Below, in pieces: positions 57,828-64,000 of a stretch of 64,000 bases of DNA; the first letter of the stretch is position 1, and every line of letters starts with the position of its first letter. A program made the position numbers and the translations under genes. Under the pieces are notes generated by a model that saw nothing but the letters and a program-made list of their open reading frames with translations, had not been told where the DNA came from and ran no database searches. Origin of the DNA: an uncultured Tenacibaculum sp. (GTDB lineage Bacteria; Bacteroidota; Bacteroidia; Flavobacteriales; Flavobacteriaceae); the NCBI RefSeq assembly GCF_947499065.1, contig NZ_CANMMT010000002.1, positions 59,313 through 123,312 of the forward strand, read 5' to 3'.

Positions 57828-59735
57828 ATGAGTAACTACCATGTAAAAACCTTAGAGGAATATTTTCAAGTTTACAGAAGATCAGTACGAAACCCTGAAT
57901 TATTTTGGGAAGAAATAGCTGAAGAACACTTTGTTTGGAGGAAAAAATGGGATTCTGTTTTAGAATACGATTTTTCAAAACCAGAAGTAAAATGGTTTGA
58001 TGGAGCAGAATTAAATATAACTGAAAACTGTATCGATCGTCATTTACAAATTAGAGGAGATAAAACAGCAATTCTTTTTGAACCCAATGATCCCAAAGAA
58101 GAAGCAGAGCATATTACATATAAAGAATTATATAAGAGAGTATGTAAGTTTGCTAATGTTTTAAAAGAAAATGGCGTACAAAAAGGAGATAGAGTTTGTA
58201 TTTATTTACCAATGATTCCAGAGTTAGCTATCTCTGTATTAGCATGTGCTAGAATTGGAGCCGTACATTCGGTAGTATTTGCAGGTTTTTCATCAACAGC
58301 GTTATCAACTAGAATAAATGATTGTGAAGCGAAAATGGTAATTACTTCTGATGGATCTTACAGAGGAGCAAAAACAATCGATTTAAAAGGAATTGTAGAT
58401 GAAGCGTTGAACGATTGTGAATGTGTTGAAACTGTACTGGTAGCAAAAAGGATTAATTCTGACATTCAAATGAAAGAAGGTCGCGATAAATGGTTACAAC
58501 CGTTATTAGAAGAAGCATCAGATTTTTGTGAGCCAGAAATAGTAAAAGCAGAAGATCCTTTATTTATCTTATATACTTCAGGTTCAACAGGAAGTCCAAA
58601 GGGAATGTTACATACCACAGCAGGATATATGATATATTCAGCATATACTTTTAAAAATGTATTTAACTATAAAGAAAATGATGTGTATTGGTGTACTGCC
58701 GATATTGGTTGGATTACTGGGCATAGTTATATAGTATATGGGCCTTTGGCTAATGGAGCAACTACAGTAATGTTTGAAGGAGTACCAAGTTACCCAGATT
58801 TTGGGCGTTTTTGGGAAATAGTAGAAAAACATAAAGTAAGCCAGTTTTATACTGCACCAACAGCTATTAGAGCTTTAGCAAAAGAGAAGTTAGAATTTGT
58901 TGATAAGTACGATTTATCTTCTCTAAAAGTTTTAGGAACCGTAGGAGAACCTATAAATGAAGAGGCGTGGCATTGGTATAATGACAATGTAGGGAAAAAG
59001 AAAAGTCCTATTGTAGATACTTGGTGGCAAACAGAAACAGGAGGAATGATGATTTCTCCAATTCCTTATGTGACACCTACAAAGCCAACTTATGCAACTT
59101 TACCATTACCAGGAGTGCAATTAGCGTTAATGGACGAAAATGGAAAAGAAATAGTAGGAAACCAAGTAGATGGGCGTTTGTGTGTAAAATATCCGTGGCC
59201 ATCAATGGCAAGAACTATCTGGGGAAATCACCAACGTTATAAAGAAACCTATTTCTCTGCTTTTGAAAACAAGTATTTTACAGGAGATGGAGCTTTACGT
59301 GATGAAGTTGGGTATTACAGAATAACGGGTAGAGTAGATGATGTAATTATTGTGTCAGGACATAATTTAGGAACAGCACCGATAGAAGATGCTATCAATG
59401 AGCATCCAGCTGTAGCAGAAAGCGCTATTGTAGGATATCCGCATGATGTAAAAGGAAACGCATTGTATGGTTATGTAATATTAAAAGATGTAGGAGAGGG
59501 GAGAAATCACGATAATTTACGTAAGGAAATTAACCAAATTATAACCGAGCATATAGGGCCTATTGCCAAATTGAATAAAATCCAATTCACTATAGGATTG
59601 CCAAAAACACGTTCAGGTAAAATTATGCGAAGAATTTTGCGTAAAATAGCGCACAACGAATTAGATAATTTAGGAGATGTTTCTACTTTGTTAAACCCAG
59701 AAGTGGTACAAAGTATTATCGACGAACGATTGTAA
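57828..59735 (+). CDS. acs: Acetyl-CoA synthetase
   Basis: YTSGSTGSPKG, DTWWQTETGG, GRVDD, PKTRSGKIMRR. Confidence 0.98.
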   Translation: MSNYHVKTLEEYFQVYRRSVRNPELFWEEIAEEHFVWRKKWDSVLEYDFSKPEVKWFDGAELNITENCIDRHLQIRGDKTAILFEPNDPKEEAEHITYKELYKRVCKFANVLKENGVQKGDRVCIYLPMIPELAISVLACARIGAVHSVVFAGFSSTALSTRINDCEAKMVITSDGSYRGAKTIDLKGIVDEALNDCECVETVLVAKRINSDIQMKEGRDKWLQPLLEEASDFCEPEIVKAEDPLFILYTSGSTGSPKGMLHTTAGYMIYSAYTFKNVFNYKENDVYWCTADIGWITGHSYIVYGPLANGATTVMFEGVPSYPDFGRFWEIVEKHKVSQFYTAPTAIRALAKEKLEFVDKYDLSSLKVLGTVGEPINEEAWHWYNDNVGKKKSPIVDTWWQTETGGMMISPIPYVTPTKPTYATLPLPGVQLALMDENGKEIVGNQVDGRLCVKYPWPSMARTIWGNHQRYKETYFSAFENKYFTGDGALRDEVGYYRITGRVDDVIIVSGHNLGTAPIEDAINEHPAVAESAIVGYPHDVKGNALYGYVILKDVGEGRNHDNLRKEINQIITEHIGPIAKLNKIQFTIGLPKTRSGKIMRRILRKIAHNELDNLGDVSTLLNPEVVQSIIDERL

Positions 59736-59761
59736 TAAATTATTAGAGTAAATAATAAAAC

Positions 59762-59800
59762 AGCTACAGTTTGATTTCCTATTGAACTGTGGCTTTTTTT
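59762..59800 (+). terminator. Terminator of acs
   Basis: agctacagtt/aactgtggct followed by a T-run. Confidence 0.75.
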
Positions 59801-59951
59801 ATTGTTGAAATGATAGAGTAGAAGTTTTTAAAGTAAGAGTACCTTAAAAAATTAAAAGTTTAGAGAAGAGATGACTATACTCATGGGGGACGCACTAACT
59901 TCTTTTAAATAGGTTAGCATGAGGTAGACGTGTTAAAAATGCTTAAAAAGC

Positions 59952-60635
59952 TTAAATAAAGCCTTTGTCTCTAGCTATTAGAATAAGATCTTTGTCATCA
60001 GAGCTATTTACACCAAACATTTGTTTAATTTGACGTTTTCTTTTTTCAATACCAGCAAAAGAAAGCGGAATAATATCAGGTAAATCTTTCATTTTTGTAC
60101 CAATAGACAGCTCATATAGCATTTTTCTATCTAAATCGTCAATAAGATATTCACTAGTAACTTCATTTCTAAGAAGTTTCGTAATAGTTTTGCTATAGTA
60201 TGGAGGATCGTTTAAAACTTCTTGTATAGCAGTTACTAACTCTTGAGGAGTAATATCATTTTTAACTAAAAAACCATCAGGGTTTATGCTTTTAAAAATG
60301 CTATGTACTCTATAATTATCGTTAAAAGTAGTAGAAACAATTATTCTAGCATCAGGTAGCATTGTGTTTATTTTTAAACCTAAGTCTTCACCAGATAAAA
60401 TAGTGCCATCAGAAGAAGCTGGTAATCGCATGTCTAAAAAAATGATATCTACTTTTTTAGAGGTATCAGCATGTTGTTTTATAAGCTTATAAGCTTCATC
60501 GCAATTGTGAGCAACGTGGATTTCAAAGGCAATATGTTCGTTTTGTTGATCAATGTAATTAAAGGCACTTTTGTAGGCTTCAGAAATTAATGGATGATCA
60601 TCAATAATTAAAGCAGTGTATTGTTTACTATTCAT
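59952..60635 (-). CDS. Response regulator: receiver domain plus divergent NarL/LuxR-like HTH
   Basis: IIDDH, FLDMRLP (phospho-Asp), STT, LVK; C-terminal LS..GIEKRKRQIKQMF helix. Confidence 0.92.
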   Translation of the reverse strand: MNSKQYTALIIDDHPLISEAYKSAFNYIDQQNEHIAFEIHVAHNCDEAYKLIKQHADTSKKVDIIFLDMRLPASSDGTILSGEDLGLKINTMLPDARIIVSTTFNDNYRVHSIFKSINPDGFLVKNDITPQELVTAIQEVLNDPPYYSKTITKLLRNEVTSEYLIDDLDRKMLYELSIGTKMKDLPDIIPLSFAGIEKRKRQIKQMFGVNSSDDKDLILIARDKGFI

Positions 60636-62658
60636 TATTCATTTTATAAGGGGTTGAAATTAAAAGGGCAGTACCTTTACCTACTTCCGATAAAAACTGT
60701 ACTGTTCCGTTTAATTTGTCTACTCTAGATTTTATGTTTTTCATTCCAATACCTTTTTTACCCTTTTTAGGATTAAAGCCAATGCCGTCGTCTTTTAAAT
60801 TGATAATAAGGTTTTGGTTTTCGTTAGAGAATACTAAAGTAACGTTTTTTGCTTTTGCATGTTTTATAATATTTTGCAAAGCTTCTTGTATAATTCTATA
60901 AATATTAGCTTTGGTAATTTCATTAATGTTTTTCCAAACAATATTTTTATCAAAAGAAAATTTATAGTTAAAGTTACCAATGGTACTTTTATCTTTTAGT
61001 AATTGTTCTATAATACTGGTAAAGTTAATATTAGAGCTATCAAAATTATCGCTCAGTTTGTGAGATACGTCTCTAATTTCCTTTTCAATTTCTTGAAGTT
61101 CATCTAAAAAAGATTGGTGTTTTTCAAGGGTTTGTTCATCACCTTTAAGAGGTAAAAAACCTAAGCCAAAACGAGTTCCAAACAGTTTACCTAGAATACC
61201 ATCATGAAGTTCTTCGGAAATTCTGTTACGTTCTTTAACTTTTTCTTCTTCTAGTTTGGCTTGTTGTTGTAGGGTTAATACATATACTTCTTCGTTAGCT
61301 TTTTGCTGTTCAGCTTCTAGGCTAAGTTTTTCGTTTTTTACCTTTTGAACACGTAAAAAATATAGTAAACTTAAAATAAGGATTCCACCAATACTGGTAA
61401 CAATAATCCAAATACGTTGTTGGTTTAAACGTTTAGTTTCTTCTATGTATTCATCAGTTTCAAACTCAATACGTGTAAATTTATTTTGAGTTCTACGTTC
61501 AGCGCTAATTAAACTATCATTAAACACTATATAGCGATCTAAGTATTTTTTAGAATTTTGTTTGTCTAAATTGGCTAGTTGTTTTAAAGAAGTTAAATAA
61601 TCGCCACCATTTTTTATTTGTTTGGCTAAAGTATTGGCTTCTTTGGCATATTTTAAGGCATTGATAGTGTCTTTATTGTATTTAAAGTAATCGGATATGC
61701 ATATCTTAGAGTTTAAGATATTAGTTTTGTCACCAATACTATCTCTAATGGATAAAGCTTTAAAAAAATCTTTCTTTATACCAGTAGTATCTTTCATTAA
61801 TAGTTTACAATAGGCTTTGTTGTTAAGTAATATAGCATATTGACTTCTGTTTATCTTTTTGTTATTTAAATCTTTATTATAGTATTTAAGGGCGGTTTGA
61901 TAGTCTTTTTTTTCTTGATAAGCATGCCCTATATTGTTATATATTATAATATAGCTTTTTACTCTAGTTTTTTTAGGGATTTTATCAAAATACTCTAGGG
62001 CTTTTATATAATACTCTATGGCTTTATCATATTCTTTTATATCATATTGTAATAAACCTAAATGGTTATATGAATCGTAAAGTTTTTTATGATTTTTTAA
62101 TTCCTTAAATAATTCTATTACTTTAATATTTAAAATTTCACTACCAATATAATCTTTATAGCGTCCTTTAATACGTGTCATTCCCCATAAAACTGTAGAA
62201 GCTTCTTTTTTATGATTTTCTTTAATAAAGTTTTCATAAGCTTTGTTAAAATGAAAGTATGCTTTATCAAATATTTCTAGTTTTACGTAATAACTAGCAT
62301 AATTCCAATGAGCATCTGCTGTAGCATATGTATGTTTATTTTTTATAGCAGAGTTAAGAGCTTTTTTATTTACTTTAAAAAATGAAGTAGTATCTTTCAA
62401 TCTATAGAACTCATAGGCTATAGAACTGAGTTCTAAAGGGAATTGTTTGTTGTGGTTTAAAATATAATTGTAAGATTTTACTAAAAGTTGAGATCTGGAA
62501 GTACTATCTAGTTTTTTATTTTTAGCTTTTTTTAACCAAGTTTTTATACTATCGTTTTTTAGTTTAAACACAGTATGTTTATTAGAGGAAGAAAAGCATA
62601 GTTGATTTCCTATGGATAAGAAAAATATAAATGCTGCAATTTTTTTTAAAGCTTTCAA
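60628..62658 (-). CDS. Membrane sensor histidine kinase: periplasmic TPR array plus HisKA_3 and HATPase_c
   Basis: TTG start, N-terminal hydrophobic segment, TPR helices (SYNHLGLLQYDIKEYDKAIEYY; IYNNIGHAYQEKKDYQTALKYY), TM helix, ERNRISEELHDG, QEALQNIIKH, DDGIGF, GIGMKNI. Confidence 0.94.
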   Translation of the reverse strand: MKALKKIAAFIFFLSIGNQLCFSSSNKHTVFKLKNDSIKTWLKKAKNKKLDSTSRSQLLVKSYNYILNHNKQFPLELSSIAYEFYRLKDTTSFFKVNKKALNSAIKNKHTYATADAHWNYASYYVKLEIFDKAYFHFNKAYENFIKENHKKEASTVLWGMTRIKGRYKDYIGSEILNIKVIELFKELKNHKKLYDSYNHLGLLQYDIKEYDKAIEYYIKALEYFDKIPKKTRVKSYIIIYNNIGHAYQEKKDYQTALKYYNKDLNNKKINRSQYAILLNNKAYCKLLMKDTTGIKKDFFKALSIRDSIGDKTNILNSKICISDYFKYNKDTINALKYAKEANTLAKQIKNGGDYLTSLKQLANLDKQNSKKYLDRYIVFNDSLISAERRTQNKFTRIEFETDEYIEETKRLNQQRIWIIVTSIGGILILSLLYFLRVQKVKNEKLSLEAEQQKANEEVYVLTLQQQAKLEEEKVKERNRISEELHDGILGKLFGTRFGLGFLPLKGDEQTLEKHQSFLDELQEIEKEIRDVSHKLSDNFDSSNINFTSIIEQLLKDKSTIGNFNYKFSFDKNIVWKNINEITKANIYRIIQEALQNIIKHAKAKNVTLVFSNENQNLIINLKDDGIGFNPKKGKKGIGMKNIKSRVDKLNGTVQFLSEVGKGTALLISTPYKMNNE

Positions 62659-62688
62659 ATAATCTGATTTTAAGCAAAGCTAAAAAAA

Positions 62689-62714
62689 AAGCCTTTAACA
62701 TTTGTTAAAGGCTT
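62689..62714 (-). terminator. Strong intrinsic terminator after the lipopeptide gene
   Basis: aagcctttaaca-aa-tgttaaaggctt followed by a long U-run on the minus strand. Confidence 0.88.
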
Positions 62715-62732
62715 GTATTTATAAAAAAATGA

Positions 62733-62954
62733 TTAAGATCCAGCACCACGACCATTTCCTTTACCTCCATCATCATTACCTCCATCATTACCACCACCAG
62801 TATCGCCTCCGTAGATATTATCATCATCGCCTATACCAGTTGTTAATTCTGTATTGTTTTTTTCAGGAACTAAATCGTCTTTTGTTAAGTCTGTACAACT
62901 TGTAGTTAAAAGGATTAGCATGCTGATTAGTAAAGTAGTTTTTAAAGTTTTCAT
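62733..62954 (-). CDS. Small lipoprotein (73 aa) with a Gly/Asp/Asn-rich tail, directly upstream of the TPR kinase
   Basis: MKTLKTTLLISMLILLTTSC lipoprotein signal; A-rich translation initiation region; own terminator; ATG at 62954 preferred over TTG at 62963. Confidence 0.85.
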   Translation of the reverse strand: MKTLKTTLLISMLILLTTSCTDLTKDDLVPEKNNTELTTGIGDDDNIYGGDTGGGNDGGNDDGGKGNGRGAGS

Positions 62955-62989
62955 AATTTTCAATTTTTAATATTTGACATTAGTTTTCC

Positions 62990-63330
62990 ATGCCGCATAT
63001 GCAGCAGTAATAGCATCGAATTGGTTATGTTCGATTTTTTTTGAGCCTTGGTAAAATCAAGGCAATAGTCATCTAGCCCAAGTAATTTGGGTAGTTAGTA
63101 GAATTAAGTTGATATGGAACATCAACTCGTGAAGACTCATTACTACTAAGGCCTATTGAGTACAACAGACTTCAGGAATTCTACATTGTCATAAATAAAG
63201 GAAGCGTTTTTGCAATTTTTAATGAACGCTAGTTGATTCTGTCACTAAAATAGTGACATAGATTGTGTAAACGAACACAATTTTAGTAAGCGTTGTTGTT
63301 TAATGAGTAAACGTCCTTTTTCATTTAGTT
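62990..63330 (-). ncRNA. Candidate structured leader / ncRNA upstream of the lipopeptide gene
   Basis: About nine stems in about 330 nt including a multibranch junction; no ORF of 60 aa or more; strand not certain. Confidence 0.5.
63283..63324 (-). CDS. Candidate 13-aa upstream ORF MKKDVYSLNNNAY
   Basis: ATG a few nt after a near-consensus -7 element (TAAAATTG, 63335-63342); covers a switchable helix. Confidence 0.25.
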   Translation of the reverse strand: MKKDVYSLNNNAY

Positions 63331-63451
63331 TGTGCAATTTTAATATAATCATAGCTTTCAATTTCGTTCAATTAAGATAGTGAAAAATAACGAATTACAC
63401 AAGTTTTTTAATACTTTTTTTACTGTGTTCGTTTTTATTTTTTGGAATAAA

Positions 63452-63478
63452 AAAAGGCGCCCTTTTAAGGCGCCTTTT
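63452..63478 (-). terminator. GC-rich intrinsic terminator after the 38-aa ORF
   Basis: aaaaggcgcc/ggcgcctttt with a U-run on the minus strand. Confidence 0.85.
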
Positions 63479-63506
63479 GTATATATACTATATTAATGAC
63501 TTGTTG

Positions 63507-63623
63507 TTAACTCATCTTTAAATATTGCTTCTTACAATAAACATCCTTACTCATTTTTATATAACTGCCATCACCTCCTATAATTAGTCTTTCGATGATT
63601 GGGTTTAAATAAAATAGTTTCAT
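63507..63623 (-). CDS. Small ORF of 38 aa missing from the ORF track (MKLFYLNPIIERLIIGGDGSYIKMSKDVYCKKQYLKMS)
   Basis: Consensus promoter (TTG-N19-TATATTTG), 5' hairpin, A-rich initiation region and downstream terminator bracket it. Confidence 0.6.
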   Translation of the reverse strand: MKLFYLNPIIERLIIGGDGSYIKMSKDVYCKKQYLKMS

Positions 63624-63681
63624 AATCTTTAAATATTAATTTGTTAAATAATCATTCAAATACTTCTGAATGATTACGGTA

Positions 63682-63731
63682 CAAATATACAAAATATTTT
63701 AATAAAAACAAGGAAAATAACGAGTTATTTT
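63682..63731 (-). promoter_or_regulatory. Promoter of the 38-aa ORF with an upstream 8-2-8 palindrome
   Basis: TATATTTG (63682-63689), TTG (63709-63711), AAAATAAC-GA-GTTATTTT (63714-63731). Confidence 0.6.
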
Positions 63732-63898
63732 ATTGGTAATCAGTAAGTTAAGTTGTTTTTAAGGTAGGAAGGTCCTGTCCAGATATTATCTAGATTTTAG
63801 CTATTTAGCAACAGTTTGTAATTCAGTTCTTTACGAGTCAAAGTGTGTTTTTTGTATGTTTAAATTAAAAATGTCATTTTTTAAAAAAAATTATAAAA

Positions 63899-63927
63899 AA
63901 AGCGTCCAATTTATAGTTGGACGCTTT
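63899..63927 (-). terminator. Terminator of a minus-strand gene entering from the right edge
   Basis: aaagcgtccaa/ttggacgcttt. Confidence 0.8.
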
Positions 63928-63952
63928 ATATATTGTTAATTTATGTATTGAA

Positions 63953-64000
63953 TCATATTCGAAAATTGTCAGAAATAAACACATTACGTCCGTTTTTATA
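63953..64000 (-). CDS. C-terminal end of a gene truncated by the window edge (...YKNGRNVFISDNFRI*)
   Basis: Open frame from base 64000 to a TGA about 25 nt before a terminator. Confidence 0.5.
   Translation of the reverse strand, partial: YKNGRNVFISDNFRI

Noticed and set aside
206-60901. Numerous 60-145 aa ORFs fully antisense to or nested in clear genes (e.g. 206-580, 1963-2247, 50458-50895, 52628-52930, 54949-55212, 59021-59242)
   Set aside because: Typical shadow ORFs; no recognisable domains or independent expression signals
62640-62647. A8 tract near the kinase start as a phase-variation site
   Set aside because: Homopolymers of 7-9 A/T are common throughout this low-GC window and the frame is intact
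62702-62905. His-rich + strand ORF (QHHDHFLYLHHHYLHHYHH)
   Set aside because: It is the antisense shadow of the GGN/GAT/AAT repeats of the lipopeptide tail; the minus-strand gene has a lipobox, initiation region and terminator
1-64000. tRNA, rRNA, IS, integrase, prophage or defence genes
   Set aside because: No cloverleaf/CCA ends, rRNA-like GC-rich tracts, transposase or integrase motifs, or terminal inverted repeats were seen

Overview
Low-GC chromosomal window from a marine Flavobacteriaceae bacterium (Tenacibaculum/Polaribacter-like, judged from gldI, a T9SS C-terminal domain, TAnnTTTG promoters and gene order). Most of it is core housekeeping DNA: hisS, folE, mtaB, mutL, ribH, recF, ndk, gldI/PPIases, htpG, fabH, rnz, pyrB/pyrR, oxyR-dps and acs. 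I see no rRNA, tRNA, CRISPR array, transposase or phage gene. Three accessory regions stand out. (1) 1.4-10.1 kb: a phnW-less phosphonate-type catabolic cluster (TonB receptor, DUF5690 transporter, TIGR03364-type FAD oxidoreductase, PhnX-like HAD, alkaline-phosphatase/hemopexin lipoprotein, XRE-cupin regulator) with a recurring palindromic operator. (2) 34.8-38.6 kb: an AraC-DUF4345-SRPBCC-SDR cassette with AraC-type direct repeats and a candidate sRNA next to it. (3) 59.9-63.7 kb, the best novelty candidate: a TPR-sensor histidine kinase/response-regulator pair preceded by a 73-aa Gly/Asp-tailed lipopeptide. The lipopeptide gene lies behind about 330 nt of densely structured non-coding DNA that contains a 13-codon uORF, and further upstream is an unannotated 38-aa transcription unit with an 8-2-8 palindrome. 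Together these suggest a peptide-signalling module with an RNA-level control layer. All functional interpretations are from motif recognition by eye; no database search or folding program was run.
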